Source: Nitrospirales bacterium (lineage in GTDB: Bacteria > Nitrospirota > Nitrospiria > Nitrospirales > UBA8639). Taken from it: a stretch of 61,199 bases of DNA. This document shows positions 9,671-20,687 of this stretch, one piece after another. The notes below the pieces were generated by a model, which saw only the letters and a program-made list of their open reading frames with translations, made no database searches and was not told where the DNA came from. Made by a program: the position numbers and the translations under genes. The stretch lies in the NCBI GenBank assembly GCA_021604365.1, contig BQIZ01000001.1:1-61199 (forward strand), read 5' to 3'. How positions within the stretch are numbered: the first letter of the stretch is position 1; the number at the start of each line of letters is the position of its first letter.

Positions 9671-9698
9671 TCAAGTTTTCACATGATTAGTCCGATAT
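9671..9698 (+). promoter_or_regulatory. Putative sigma28 promoter upstream of the HTH gene
   Basis: TCAAGTTT-N12-TCCGATAT. The -35 is identical to that of the fliC promoter and the spacing matches the flgM promoter in this window. Confidence 0.6.
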
Positions 9699-9737
9699 CA
9701 CACACATTACTGACCAAACTCTAATGAGGGTGCCACA

Positions 9738-9965
9738 ATGAAAGATTTGCTGACCTTAAGTGAAGTATCGACGTTTTTGAAAGTCCCAAAATCGACAATC
9801 TACAAGCTAGCGAGAGAACGTCGACTCCCAGGGCATAAAGTTGGGAAACACTGGCGTTTTGTTCGGGAGGAAATTGAAGCCTGGGTACAAAATGCTGGAG
9901 GAGAGCCCGTGATGCTTGGTGCTGGGCCCCAACCGGCGGCGCGGGACAGGTTTAGTTTGAATTAA
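9738..9965 (+). CDS. Small excisionase/MerR-like (HTH_17) DNA-binding protein
   Basis: LLTLSEVSTFLKVPKSTIYKLARERRLPGHKVGKHWRF..EIEAW. GAGG RBS. Confidence 0.9.
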   Translation: MKDLLTLSEVSTFLKVPKSTIYKLARERRLPGHKVGKHWRFVREEIEAWVQNAGGEPVMLGAGPQPAARDRFSLN

Positions 9966-10132
9966 CTCCCGTTGGTGGCCCATGACTTTTTTCCTGGAGG
10001 ATGGGTCAGACGCCACATGAATTCCTTGCTCATATTCTGAGGGCAAGATGCCCCGGATTGAGCAAGTGAGCGTATCCCCTGATCTTTGAACGTGCTCAGA
10101 GGCGTTATCGTTCATAGCTTTTCCGTCGCACG

Positions 10133-10156
10133 AGATAACACTTCAGATAACACTTC
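10133..10156. repeat. Perfect 12-bp tandem duplication
   Basis: AGATAACACTTC twice, in the HTH-cheY intergenic region. Confidence 0.8.
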
Positions 10157-10368
10157 CTCTTCCCTCCTACCCTTGTCTGTCCAAAGCAATCGAATCCTGA
10201 GTCCTCGGATGTTGTTTAAGGTTTTAAGACCCGGGGAAATTGACTTCAATCAAGGTTCAGGTCCCGAACCCCCGAAAAAATATTATCAATAGTCTACGGC
10301 ACGGGCGGCCCACCAAGATTGTCCGATGAAAGAACGAAAACCGAGATGTGAAATTTTATAAGGACGGC

Positions 10369-10396
10369 TAAAGAAACAAGAGAAGAAAACCGAATT
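10369..10396 (+). promoter_or_regulatory. Possible sigma28 promoter for cheY-cheZ-cheA
   Basis: TAAAGAAA-N12-ACCGAATT, a weaker match. Confidence 0.35.
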
Positions 10397-10512
10397 TCGA
10401 ATAGGCCAGGTAAGTACAGGATAATAAGAATATCAACGAATTCAATATGATTCTTTAATGGGAATACCCACATTGCCTGGGATTTTACGGCCCAAGGCGT
10501 AAGGAGCGCATC

Positions 10513-10914
10513 ATGATTGATACCGGGATGAAAGTGTTGGTGGTCGACGATATGTCTACCATGCGTAGGATTGTCAAAAACGTGTTACGTCAAATCGGCT
10601 TTACGGACATCATGGAAGCCGAAAACGGGCAGGATGCTTTGACGAAATTGAAGGGCGGTGGCTTTGGTTTGGTGGTGTCCGATTGGAATATGCCGGTGAT
10701 GCAAGGCATTGAGCTTTTGCGGGCGGTTCGAGGCGATGCAGAATTAAAAACGCTCCCGTTTTTAATGGTGACTGCTGAAGCGCAAAAGGAAAATTTAATC
10801 GAAGCAGTCCAAGCCGGGGTCAGTAACTATGTCGTTAAGCCATTTACCGCGGAAGTCTTGCAAGGAAAATTAGAAAAAATATTTGCAAATGTTCAGCCGG
10901 CAAAAACGTCATAA
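10513..10914 (+). CDS. cheY: Chemotaxis response regulator CheY
   Basis: [26 protein letters not shown] and YVVKPFT. Confidence 0.97.
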   Translation: MIDTGMKVLVVDDMSTMRRIVKNVLRQIGFTDIMEAENGQDALTKLKGGGFGLVVSDWNMPVMQGIELLRAVRGDAELKTLPFLMVTAEAQKENLIEAVQAGVSNYVVKPFTAEVLQGKLEKIFANVQPAKTS

Positions 10915-10959
10915 CGGGGCAGAACATTCTCCGAATAAGACGATAGGAAGGAGATTCTT

Positions 10960-11601
10960 ATGCTCGTGGATCGGATGATTGAGACCGAGATGCCAGGCGA
11001 TGGAGAGATGCCCGAAGAGCTCTTGAATGAAAAACGTTCCATTAATGCAGAAATGGAGGAATTGGCCAAGTATGTGGAAGTGATTACCAAAACCATACGG
11101 GAAATGGAATCCCCTGTGACCTCCACCTCAGATCAACTGCCTCAAGCCACATCACATTTGTATGATCTTGCCAAAATGACGGAGGACGGAACGCATAAGG
11201 TCCTCAGCCTGACAGAGGAATTGGAACGGAACCGGGAGGGGATTCAACATCATTTAGAACAATTGCGCGCCAATGTGGCCGGGAGGGCTGTCAAGGATCT
11301 TGATGCAATTTTGATCATGGTGAAGGCTGATGAAGGAAGACTGTTAGATATCCATGTGGCGTTGTCTTTTCAGGATCTCGTAGCCCAACGCGTGGCAAAG
11401 CTTGTGACGATTTTAAATGAAATTCAACACAAATTGTTAAAGTTGGTGGTAATTTTTGGAATTCAACAACAGAAGGGTGAGACCGGAGCATCGGGTGAAG
11501 GACGAGGGTATGAAATGCTGCGTCAGTTGGAATCCTCAAAAACTACGGCCCTTCAACAAGACCTGGTCGATAACATCATGTCTGAATACGGAATGTCCTA
11601 A
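10960..11601 (+). CDS. cheZ: CheY-P phosphatase CheZ family
   Basis: AKMTE, SFQDLVAQR (DxxxQ catalytic motif) and a C-terminal QQDLVDNIMSEYG helix. Lies between cheY and cheA. Confidence 0.85.
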   Translation: MLVDRMIETEMPGDGEMPEELLNEKRSINAEMEELAKYVEVITKTIREMESPVTSTSDQLPQATSHLYDLAKMTEDGTHKVLSLTEELERNREGIQHHLEQLRANVAGRAVKDLDAILIMVKADEGRLLDIHVALSFQDLVAQRVAKLVTILNEIQHKLLKLVVIFGIQQQKGETGASGEGRGYEMLRQLESSKTTALQQDLVDNIMSEYGMS

Positions 11602-11687
11602 TTGCCTATACACGAACCTTCAAACCCGATGTCTCAGGGGGGCGATGGGATGAACGAGAAAGTCTAGGAGCTGAGAACAGGTGATCG

Positions 11688-13592
11688 ATGAATGACGAAA
11701 TGAAAGAAATACTCAACGATTTTTTGGCGGAAAGCTCGGAAATGCTGGAAGCCCTTGACCAACATTTCGTAAAACTGGAAACGGAGCCTTCCAACAGCGA
11801 ACTGCTTAACGAAATTTTCCGGTGTATGCACAGTATGAAAGGGTCGGCTGGCTTTTTGGGGTTTACCCATTTGGTTGAAGTGGCGCATCAAGCCGAAAGT
11901 TTGTTGAACAAACTGAGGCAGGGGGAGATGTCGGTTTCTCCGTTCATTATCGACATTATTTTGGAAGCGGTGGACGCGGTGAAAATGCTCCAGTCTGATA
12001 TTCGGGAGACGGGAGAAGATTCTCATGTCGAGACCTTTAACATTGTGAATAAATTGACATTAACGATGGATAGCGCGGACGACCTGATGCTGTCCGTCTC
12101 CACCCCTCATAAGGCCGAGATGGACACAGTCACCTCAGCTCCTTCTCCACCTCCGGCAGAAAAGATTCTTTCTTCTGTGGTAGTGCCTCCTGATACCTCT
12201 TCCTGGTCTTCTTTGCAAGAAGCCCCTCAGCATGATGTACCCGCCGGGATTGAGGAGGTGGCGGAACCAGCAGGAGCTTCTGACTGCCCAGTTGGGTTAT
12301 CTGATGTATTAACAAAAATGAAAGAAGCGACGACCCGAACCGTTCAAGCCGTGAGTGCTCCGGCCGCCAAGGCATCAGGTGGTAAAGAAGAAGACCAGAC
12401 CGTTCGAGTCGAAACCAAACGCTTGGATCATGTCATGAATCTGGTGGGGGAACTGGTTTTGAATCGTAATCGTCTTATTAAGTTGGGGAATGGGCTGGAG
12501 GAGAAAGACGAGACAAGTTCTACCCTCCGGGAATTAAACGTGACGTTGGCGCAACTCAATCTGGTGACCTCCGATTTGCAATTGGCGGTGATGAAAACAC
12601 GGATGGTTCCTATTCGCAAGGTGTTTTCCCGATTTCCAAGGTTGGTTCGGGATTTGGCCGGTAAATTAGGTAAGCAAGTGCGTTTGGAATTACTGGGGGA
12701 AGATACTGAAGTCGACAAGTCCGTTGCCGACGAATTAAGTGATCCGTTGGTCCATTTGGTGAGAAATTCGATGGATCATGGCTTGGAAACCGCTGCCGAT
12801 CGTAAACAACACGGTAAAGGTCTTGAAGGCTATGTGCGACTGTCAGCCCAGCAAGAAGGTAACAGTATTGTGATTCGGGTGGAAGATAATGGTCGGGGGT
12901 TACAAGTTGAGAAAATCGCTGAAAAAGCTCTCGAAAAAGGCTTGGTGGCTCAAGCCGAATTGGAAGTCATGAGTCCTCGGGAAATCATGAATCTAATTTT
13001 TCTTCCAGGGTTTAGTACCGCGGACCAGGTGAGTGATGTGTCCGGTCGTGGGGTGGGTATGGATGTGGTTCGTACCAATATTAGTCGCATGAATGGGAGT
13101 TTGGAGTTAGATTCTGATCCCGGTCAAGGGAGTCGCGTGACGATCAAACTTCCACTGACCGTGGCCATTATTCAAGCACTTATGGTTGAGGTGGAATGCG
13201 CCACATTTGCCATCCCGCTGGCTTCCGTGGTTGAGGCTGTCAAAGTCACCAAGGATGAAATTAAAAGTATAAATGGACAGGCGGTATTGAATCTCCGAGA
13301 ACGCATTCTTCCTCTCCTGGACCTTGGGGAAACCTTTCATATTCCCAGGGACCGGACTGGTGTTGAATGCTATGTCGTAGTTGTGAAGATTGGTGAACAA
13401 CAGTTTGGAGTTGTAGTGAATCGATTGCGGGCACAAGAGGAAGTCGTAATTAAATCGTTGGGAGAATTTTTGGCCAACGTAAAGTGCGTGGCGGGAGCGA
13501 CCATTACCGGAGATGGCAAAGTAGTCTTGATTTTGGATATGGCCGATTTAGTAAGGGAAGTGCAGACTTCAACGTATACCGGTATGCGCTAA
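11688..13592 (+). CDS. cheA: Chemotaxis histidine kinase CheA
   Basis: Hpt FRCMHSMKG, P3 TVRVE..LVGELV, HLVRNSMDHG, SGRGVGMDVV and a C-terminal CheW domain. Confidence 0.97.
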   Translation: MNDEMKEILNDFLAESSEMLEALDQHFVKLETEPSNSELLNEIFRCMHSMKGSAGFLGFTHLVEVAHQAESLLNKLRQGEMSVSPFIIDIILEAVDAVKMLQSDIRETGEDSHVETFNIVNKLTLTMDSADDLMLSVSTPHKAEMDTVTSAPSPPPAEKILSSVVVPPDTSSWSSLQEAPQHDVPAGIEEVAEPAGASDCPVGLSDVLTKMKEATTRTVQAVSAPAAKASGGKEEDQTVRVETKRLDHVMNLVGELVLNRNRLIKLGNGLEEKDETSSTLRELNVTLAQLNLVTSDLQLAVMKTRMVPIRKVFSRFPRLVRDLAGKLGKQVRLELLGEDTEVDKSVADELSDPLVHLVRNSMDHGLETAADRKQHGKGLEGYVRLSAQQEGNSIVIRVEDNGRGLQVEKIAEKALEKGLVAQAELEVMSPREIMNLIFLPGFSTADQVSDVSGRGVGMDVVRTNISRMNGSLELDSDPGQGSRVTIKLPLTVAIIQALMVEVECATFAIPLASVVEAVKVTKDEIKSINGQAVLNLRERILPLLDLGETFHIPRDRTGVECYVVVVKIGEQQFGVVVNRLRAQEEVVIKSLGEFLANVKCVAGATITGDGKVVLILDMADLVREVQTSTYTGMR

Positions 13593-13746
13593 TGTATAAA
13601 ACAATGAAGCGTGAGGCCTAGGGGAAGTGAGTAGGGCTGGCTAGACTGCCTGGGGCTTTATCCAGACAGACATGAGAACAGCGGCGGAACTATAAAAAAG
13701 GATGATCTGTGCCACGTTTGGTGAGTGGAAGAATGAGGAAAGCGTA

Positions 13747-14703
13747 ATGGCAAAATGGATGGCAGAAATTGATCAACGGACCGGGCTGGCGGGGGCCAAT
13801 AAGATGGAACTCTTAATGTTTCATTTTGGGACTAATGAGACTTACGGAATTAATGTTTTTAAAATTCGCGAAGTCATGAAGCTCCCACCCGTGGTGAAAA
13901 TTCCAGACTCTGATCCTCGAATCCTGGGTTTAGTGAATCTCCGTGGAGAAAATATCGCATTAGTGGATTTAAAACAGGCGATTGGACTCGGGCCCTTGGA
14001 TCCGGTTGGCGCGAAGTTGATCATTGCGGAATATAACGATAACAAACAGGGATTTTTGGTAGGCGGCGTTGATCGGATCATTCGTATGTCGTGGGAACGG
14101 ATTCAGATTCCTCCACCGATGGTCCAGTCCAGCCGGCAAGGGGCGGTCACGGCTATTACGAAATTGGAAGATGGCCGAATGGTGTTGATTTTGGATGTGG
14201 AAAAGGTGTTGTCCGAATTGCACCCTAGAAGTGAAGAGGAAGTCCTCGTAGGGATTGAACTGAACGATGAATTAGCCGGAAAACGTGTGTTGGTTGCCGA
14301 CGATTCCCTTGTGGCCAGAAAACAAATTACCAAAACGCTGGAACGGTTGGGCATGAAATATGAAGAAACACAGACGGGAAAAGAGGCGCTCATCCGGTTA
14401 CGACAGTATGCGGAGTTGGGTGACAAAACGGATCGAACCATTTTCGACTTTGTCGTAGGGGTCATTACCGATATTGAAATGCCAGAAATGGACGGATTTT
14501 CCCTGACAAAGGCTATCCGCGAAGATTCCCGATTGCAGGGCCTTCCCATTTTGATGCATTCCTCCTTGTCCGGCCAGTGCAATGTGGATAAAGGAAAGGC
14601 TTTGGGTGTGACCGATTATGTGACCAAATTTCATCCAACCGACCTTCGTGACAAATTAGTTCAGCATCTCGGAAAATCTTCGGGAATCGTGGTGACCTCG
14701 TAA
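13747..14703 (+). CDS. cheV: Chemotaxis adaptor CheV (CheW-REC)
   Basis: [31 protein letters not shown] and [10 protein letters not shown]. Start set at the ATG at 13747. Confidence 0.95.
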   Translation: MAKWMAEIDQRTGLAGANKMELLMFHFGTNETYGINVFKIREVMKLPPVVKIPDSDPRILGLVNLRGENIALVDLKQAIGLGPLDPVGAKLIIAEYNDNKQGFLVGGVDRIIRMSWERIQIPPPMVQSSRQGAVTAITKLEDGRMVLILDVEKVLSELHPRSEEEVLVGIELNDELAGKRVLVADDSLVARKQITKTLERLGMKYEETQTGKEALIRLRQYAELGDKTDRTIFDFVVGVITDIEMPEMDGFSLTKAIREDSRLQGLPILMHSSLSGQCNVDKGKALGVTDYVTKFHPTDLRDKLVQHLGKSSGIVVTS

Positions 14704-14786
14704 AGGGAAGAATATTTGTTGTAATTGCTGAGAAGAATGTACTACCCCATCTCGAGACCCATGAAAAGATTAACAAGAGGATACAA

Positions 14787-16892
14787 ATGAGGAAGCCCAA
14801 GTGGAATGTCGGCATTACGACAAAATTAGTCTGGATTCTTGTGTTTTTTTCGCTGATTCCTCTGAGTGTTCAAGTTTATTCGTTGTTCCAAACTGGAGAG
14901 GTTTTGAAAAAAGAGGTTGGGGTTCAATACGAAGACGTGGCAAAAGTGATTGTTGAAAAAATTTCCCTCTATCTCTCTGAGCGTTTTGCGGATGCCCGGA
15001 TATTGAGTCGGAGTCCGATCCTGGGTGGTGCTGAACTATGGGAACAAACTGTTCGTCCCTCACACGAATTCGTCCAGGTATTGAATGCGTATGTTCAGGC
15101 AACCGGCATGTATTCTTTGGTTCAAGTGGTGGATTTGGATGGCAATCTGATCGCCGTGAATGATCATGATGCAGAAGGCCTGCCTATTCGGACGGAAAAG
15201 TTGTATGGAAAAAATTATCGATTGACTCCGTGGTTTCGAGCCCTCCAACAGGGGACAGGAAGTATTCGCTTGACAGAGTCTTCTTTGACAAGAAATGTGA
15301 CCCAAGAGGTCTTTGTGGAAAATGTCATGGTAGATGAAGATGTGGAGGCGCTCTTCCCCCAAGAGAGCAGTTTGACAATCGGCCTCTCGGTTCCTCTCTA
15401 TGCTAACGGGCGAGTGGTTGGGTATGGGAGCCAACGCATGAAGTTTTCAAAAATTGAAGCCTTTTTTCAAAAGGCATACCTGGATTTAAAAAAAGCAGGG
15501 TTTCCCCATGCGGAACTTACCCTCCAGGATGGCAAAGGTATGACGCTGATGGAATATGCTCCAGCTGTCCATGGAACAGAGGAAATGATTCACGATTTAG
15601 AAAATGTGGTGTTTAAGGCCAACCTGGCTCAGCTGGGCCTTGAGGCTGCACAATTGGCGATTCAGGGCCAATCCGGAAACGCCAGAAATTTTCATCCCGG
15701 GAAAAGCACGAATCAGGTCATCGGATATAGCCCGATGTCAGGGGCGGGGGGATCGTTGGGGATGCACTGGTCGGTGTTGGTGCAGGTTCCGGAGGATGAA
15801 GCATTCAGTCATGTCAGGAGTCTGACCAATAGTACTTTGTTGGAGATGCTGTTGGGGCTTCTCGTAGTGGTCCCCATTGGAATTTTTATGGGAAGAAAAG
15901 TCGTGAGCCGATTGAAACCCGTGTGGGAAGTGGCGGCGAAAGCCTCGAAGGGGGATTTCACTCACCGGGTTCACGTGAAAACTCAAGACGAACTCGGGCA
16001 AATGGGTTTGGCTTTGAATAACCTGTTGGATGAATTAAACCGGATGCTTTTGCAAACACGGAACGTCGCTCACTCCCTGTCTCAAGCGTCGGTCCAATTG
16101 TCCTCGGTAGGCCATCAGGTCGTTCGCGCCAGCCAATCACAAGTTCACCAAGCCACTCAGGTTGCTGAAGCGGTTGAAGAAATGTCTGCTACAGCAGATG
16201 ATATGGCTCGACACACGCAGGCCCTGGCCTCGACGGCCTCAGGGGTCAATGATTCAGCCGTTCGGGGTGGGGATATTGTGGTCTCTTCTATTCATGGGAT
16301 GGAATCGGTATCCAACCGGATTCAGGAATCCGCCAGCCGTATTCAGAATTTAGGACAACGTTCTAAGGATATAGGGGACATTATTGGAGTAATCCAAGAT
16401 ATTGCGGAACAGACAAATCTTTTGGCGCTCAATGCAGCCATTGAAGCTGCCAGGGCAGGGGAGCAGGGCCGAGGGTTTGCTGTGGTCGCAGATGAGGTGC
16501 GGAAGCTGGCCGAGCGAACGGGGAAAGCGACAAAAGAAATTGCGGCTGTTATCGAATCGGTACAGGCTGGAACTCATGAAGCGGTTCTTTCGATGGAAGC
16601 GGGAACTGAAGAGGCGCATACCGGCATGGTGCTGGCCAGGGAAGCGGGGAGTCGATTAACGGAGATCGTCCAGGGGGTTCAACGGGTGGTGGATATGATT
16701 CAACATTTTGCCGAGTCCACGAAACAACAATCTGCGGTCTCCGGAAAAATCTCTTCGAGTATTCAACAGGTCGCGCAACTCAGTCAGGATAATGAAAGCC
16801 ACATTCAGGGGGTGGCGACGGCAACGAAGCAATTTGCAGCATTGGCAGAGGATCTCCAAACATCTCTCAGTCGCTTTACGCTAAAAAGATAA
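14787..16892 (+). CDS. Methyl-accepting chemotaxis protein, large periplasmic (Cache-like) sensor plus HAMP
   Basis: Two TM segments, HAMP (DELGQM) and the signalling hairpin [34 protein letters not shown]. Confidence 0.95.
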   Translation: MRKPKWNVGITTKLVWILVFFSLIPLSVQVYSLFQTGEVLKKEVGVQYEDVAKVIVEKISLYLSERFADARILSRSPILGGAELWEQTVRPSHEFVQVLNAYVQATGMYSLVQVVDLDGNLIAVNDHDAEGLPIRTEKLYGKNYRLTPWFRALQQGTGSIRLTESSLTRNVTQEVFVENVMVDEDVEALFPQESSLTIGLSVPLYANGRVVGYGSQRMKFSKIEAFFQKAYLDLKKAGFPHAELTLQDGKGMTLMEYAPAVHGTEEMIHDLENVVFKANLAQLGLEAAQLAIQGQSGNARNFHPGKSTNQVIGYSPMSGAGGSLGMHWSVLVQVPEDEAFSHVRSLTNSTLLEMLLGLLVVVPIGIFMGRKVVSRLKPVWEVAAKASKGDFTHRVHVKTQDELGQMGLALNNLLDELNRMLLQTRNVAHSLSQASVQLSSVGHQVVRASQSQVHQATQVAEAVEEMSATADDMARHTQALASTASGVNDSAVRGGDIVVSSIHGMESVSNRIQESASRIQNLGQRSKDIGDIIGVIQDIAEQTNLLALNAAIEAARAGEQGRGFAVVADEVRKLAERTGKATKEIAAVIESVQAGTHEAVLSMEAGTEEAHTGMVLAREAGSRLTEIVQGVQRVVDMIQHFAESTKQQSAVSGKISSSIQQVAQLSQDNESHIQGVATATKQFAALAEDLQTSLSRFTLKR

Positions 16893-16932
16893 TACTATCC
16901 TTTGTTCAATGTGTTCCTAATGAAGGACGTGT

Positions 16933-18609
16933 ATGCAGTGCTTAAGAATCGGTCATAAACTCGTATTAATTCTGGGAACCCTAGCCGTTGGAATGATTGT
17001 CTGCGGCCTAACCGTGATTTACCAGCAAGAGCTTGGCCGATTGCAGGTGCTTTTGGAGGAGGAAGGAAGGATTATTCAAGCGCAATTTGAAGTCACGAGA
17101 GCCTATATTGCCAAAAATTATGTGGGGAAAATAAAACAATCGTCCATGGGGCTTCACCTGCATGTGTCTCGTTATCATGAGCAAGATCCTGATGCCGTTC
17201 CTTTTCCCGCCACTGCCATACAGGAAATCGGCAAGAAATTAGAGTTGGTGGGAGGGTATCAGGCCCGATATGTGAGTGATCAGCCGATGAATCCTGCCAA
17301 TGCGCCGAAAGATACGTTTGAACAAAGGGCTCTTGAGCTATTGAAAAATGGGGCAAAGGGTGTCAGCGAAATTGAGACGATCAACGGGGTTCCTATTTTT
17401 CGACGGGCGAGTGCCGATGTGGCTACCGTAGAGGCCTGCGTAACTTGTCATGGCGGGAAAAAATTGGGAGATGTGCTTGGGATGTTGTCTCTTTCAATTC
17501 CGATAATGCAGGCAAAAGAGGCGATGGTCAGTTCGATGCTCTATTCAGGAATGTGGATGATCGGAATCGTCATCATTTTCTTGAGTGCGGTGTATTGGTT
17601 GGTTCATCGACTTGTGTTGAAACCTCTAGATGACTTAATGGGTATCTGTCGTGACATTGCACGGGGTGAAGGCGATCTGACGAAACGAGTGCCAGTTGGA
17701 AGTGGCTCTGATGAAATCGTGGAACTCAGTCACGACCTCAATTCATTTATTGAAAAGATGCAGTTGGCATTGTCGTTGGTCAGTCAAGCAACAAACCGTC
17801 TTGTGACGTCCACCGTTCAGCTCTCTACGACCGTGGATGGGGTAGTTCGAACGGCTGAAGGGCAAGATGGCCGTTTTATTCAGTCAGCTTCCGTTGTGGA
17901 GGAAATGACCAGGACGGCGGGGGAAGTGGCCCGAAATTCTACCGAAGCTGCACGGATTGCTCAGGAAACGGCCCACACAGCCCGGGGCGGACAGAATGAG
18001 ATGCAACAATCCGTGATGGACATGCAGCAGGTTTCTCACGCAGTGGTTGAGGCTGCCAACATTATTACCGCTCTTGGGCGGTCTTCGGATCAAATTGGTG
18101 AAATCGTTCGCGTGATTGAAGATATTGCGGATCAGACAAATCTATTGGCACTCAATGCGGCGATTGAGGCTGCTCGGGCGGGTGAACAAGGACGAGGGTT
18201 CGCTGTGGTTGCCGATGAAGTGCGGAAGTTAGCAGAACGGACGACTAGGGCAACAAAAGAAATTGGGGATATGATCCGGGAAATTCAGAAGGATACACGA
18301 AGTGCTGTTTTGTCGATAGAGCAAGGGACAGGTCAAGTCGAACAGGGGGTGGGGTTAGCCAAGAAAACCGGAGAGGCTTTGGCAAACATTCATTCTATGA
18401 TCAATGCTACGGCGGGGATGATTCAACAAATTGCCAATGCTACGGAAAAGCAATCCACGGCCACGCGACAAATTGCCAGCGAGTTAGAATCCATGACCCA
18501 GGCAACACGTCAGACAACCAGAGGAGTCTTTCAATCGGCCCAAGCCTGTCATGATTTACGGGTGGTGGCCATGGATCTTCAGAAGTTGGTCGGATCATTT
18601 AAGGTGTAA
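16933..18609 (+). CDS. Methyl-accepting chemotaxis protein with periplasmic c-type heme (DUF3365-like) sensor
   Basis: Two TM segments, [18 protein letters not shown] at 17437-17451, HAMP and the MCP signalling domain. Confidence 0.92.
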   Translation: MQCLRIGHKLVLILGTLAVGMIVCGLTVIYQQELGRLQVLLEEEGRIIQAQFEVTRAYIAKNYVGKIKQSSMGLHLHVSRYHEQDPDAVPFPATAIQEIGKKLELVGGYQARYVSDQPMNPANAPKDTFEQRALELLKNGAKGVSEIETINGVPIFRRASADVATVEACVTCHGGKKLGDVLGMLSLSIPIMQAKEAMVSSMLYSGMWMIGIVIIFLSAVYWLVHRLVLKPLDDLMGICRDIARGEGDLTKRVPVGSGSDEIVELSHDLNSFIEKMQLALSLVSQATNRLVTSTVQLSTTVDGVVRTAEGQDGRFIQSASVVEEMTRTAGEVARNSTEAARIAQETAHTARGGQNEMQQSVMDMQQVSHAVVEAANIITALGRSSDQIGEIVRVIEDIADQTNLLALNAAIEAARAGEQGRGFAVVADEVRKLAERTTRATKEIGDMIREIQKDTRSAVLSIEQGTGQVEQGVGLAKKTGEALANIHSMINATAGMIQQIANATEKQSTATRQIASELESMTQATRQTTRGVFQSAQACHDLRVVAMDLQKLVGSFKV

Positions 18610-18647
18610 CTCAAAGGTTCCCCTGTCCAGCGGGGTGTCAAACATCC

Positions 18648-18929
18648 TTATGGGGCTGAAGGGGGATACTGGTTGATGGAACCGTTGAATCCTGTTGATT
18701 GGTCGGTCGAGGGAGGAAGTTTTTTCCGGGCGACAACCTGTTCCAGCATGGTGACAGAGTCCTTGAGTAAGTCTGCTGCGCAGGCCAAGGTGACATGCAA
18801 TTGTTTCCAGGCATCATCCCAGCGGCCCTCAAGTTGAAGGTCCCGGAAACGTTGATGTTGTTCTTGCAGAATGGCTTTTTTTGCATCAAGGAGTAAACGG
18901 TCGGCTTGTGAACTGGCTAGTCTGTCCAT
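18648..18929 (-). CDS. Small helical hypothetical protein
   Basis: Fills a non-overlapping gap, has an AAGGA RBS and an amphipathic helical sequence. Confidence 0.65.
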   Translation of the reverse strand: MDRLASSQADRLLLDAKKAILQEQHQRFRDLQLEGRWDDAWKQLHVTLACAADLLKDSVTMLEQVVARKKLPPSTDQSTGFNGSINQYPPSAP

Positions 18930-19384
18930 GGAATGAATCCTTTATTTCGATGCATGAAAATGGAGTAATAATGGTGTTCACCCTATCAGAGCCCTTGTTG
19001 AAGCCTCAAGGCACTGATGATTGACGTTGGTGGGGAATGTGGAAGCTTCGGTGAGATTGTTGCAAATTGTCACATACCTCCAAGGGAGCCTAATGTATGT
19101 TGCTGAGGATCAATGAGAAGCATTTATTCTTAAATTGCAAAAACGATGGTGGAAGGTTGGAAATTGCTGGCGAATCGAGTATTGCACTTAACAAAAATGA
19201 ACTACCCGTATTGAGGCAAATGATGCCATGGGCGATGGGGTTCCATGCTGCAGGTTCAGTATATGAGGTATGTCATTGATGTGATTCGAGAAAAAAGTAT
19301 GGTAATGGTTCTTACCCATCGGTTCTTACAAGGTCGAAATGGTACAGGAGAGAGAGTTTTGACGCGTTTGGAGGGACACAAGTC

Positions 19385-19870
19385 ATGCAGAACACTTTGA
19401 CGAAGGTATTACCTCATGATGGTTTTGGGGAAGACTGTGGAGTAGTTCTCCAAATGGTGAGTTTTCAGTTGGGGGACGAGGTCTTTGCCATTGATATATT
19501 AGGGGTTCAAGAAATTATTCGTATGCTGGACATCACTCAGGTTCCGAATGCCCCTCATTATGTGGACGGGGTGGTCAATCTGCGTGGAAAAGTGATCCCC
19601 ATTATTAATCTTCGGGCCCGCTTTGGTCTGTCTGGGACGGAACCCACCAAGGATACTCGAATTGTGGTTGTGGAAGTCGCCAATATGATTTTAGGATTTA
19701 TCGTCGATTCTGTTGAAGAAGTCTTACGCCTGTCGGAAGAAAATATTGAAATACCCGCCCCCACGGGTCGGGGAGGAACCGAAGAATGTCATAAAGGGGT
19801 AGGACGGGTGAATGGGTCTTTGGTGCTGCTGCTGGACCTTGAACGCTTGTTTAATAATCAGACTTTTTAA
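19385..19870 (+). CDS. cheW: Chemotaxis scaffold CheW
   Basis: QMVSFQLGDEVFAIDI..VQEIIR, GVVNLRGKVIPII and GFIVDSVEEV. Confidence 0.95.
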   Translation: MQNTLTKVLPHDGFGEDCGVVLQMVSFQLGDEVFAIDILGVQEIIRMLDITQVPNAPHYVDGVVNLRGKVIPIINLRARFGLSGTEPTKDTRIVVVEVANMILGFIVDSVEEVLRLSEENIEIPAPTGRGGTEECHKGVGRVNGSLVLLLDLERLFNNQTF

Positions 19871-19889
19871 TAAGAAAGAGTCGTCCATC

Positions 19890-20648
19890 ATGGATATTTT
19901 ATCGGTATTAGGCATCCTTGTTTCCCTTGGCGCCATTGTTGGGGGGCAACATCTGGAGGGCGGGCATTTAAGTTCCATTCTCCAAGGGACGGCATTTTTG
20001 ATTGTGATGGGAGGCACCTTAGGTGCGGTGATGCTGCAATTCCCTCTTCCAATTTTCTTGAAAGCTCTTTCCAGTGCGAGCATGGTATTTGGAAATGTGA
20101 AGGTTGATATGCAGGGCATTATTGCCAAGATCGTGGAGTTATCAAATATCTCCCGGAAACAGGGACTCTTGGCCCTGGAAGGGCAAATAAAGTCCTTGGC
20201 TGATCCGTTAATGGCCAAAGGGGTGCAGTTGGTGGTCGATGGAACAGAGCCTCACAAAATAAAAGAAATTCTGGAAGTAGAGGTGGAAATGTTTGAAGAA
20301 GAATTTGGCACGACGAGCAAGGTATATGAAGCGTTTGGAGGATATGCGCCGTGTGTGGGGATTATTGGTGCAGTATTAGGCTTGATTCATGTGATGGAAA
20401 ACCTGGCCGACCCTTCGGCATTGGGTGGTGGGATCGCGGTGGCATTTGTGGCTACGGTCTATGGGGTGGGAGCTGCCAACCTCTTGTTTCTCCCCATGGG
20501 CAGTAAAATCAAATTGAAAGCGAAGACCTTGATCATCGGAAAAATTATGGTGATAGAAGGCCTTGTGTCGGTGGCTCAAGGTGAGAATCCCAGAATGATT
20601 GAGGAGAAGTTGAGTGGCTTTTTGCCCTCGTCGGAGAAAAAGAAATAG
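19890..20648 (+). CDS. motA: Flagellar stator protein MotA
   Basis: SRKQGLLALE, GGYAP..GIIGAVLGLI, AFVATVYG and GENPR. Start set at the ATG at 19890. Confidence 0.95.
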   Translation: MDILSVLGILVSLGAIVGGQHLEGGHLSSILQGTAFLIVMGGTLGAVMLQFPLPIFLKALSSASMVFGNVKVDMQGIIAKIVELSNISRKQGLLALEGQIKSLADPLMAKGVQLVVDGTEPHKIKEILEVEVEMFEEEFGTTSKVYEAFGGYAPCVGIIGAVLGLIHVMENLADPSALGGGIAVAFVATVYGVGAANLLFLPMGSKIKLKAKTLIIGKIMVIEGLVSVAQGENPRMIEEKLSGFLPSSEKKK

Positions 20649-20687
20649 TAAATTGAGGACCGTCGGATTGTTGGCGAGAGGGAGCGT

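Noticed and set aside
9738-9965. Excisionase as a sign of a prophage or ICE
   Set aside because: No integrase, att repeats, tRNA or phage genes are nearby.
19097-19329. 60-aa ORF and a GGTTCTTAC direct repeat upstream of cheW
   Set aside because: The ORF has no motif support, and a 9-bp repeat pair is weak evidence by itself.
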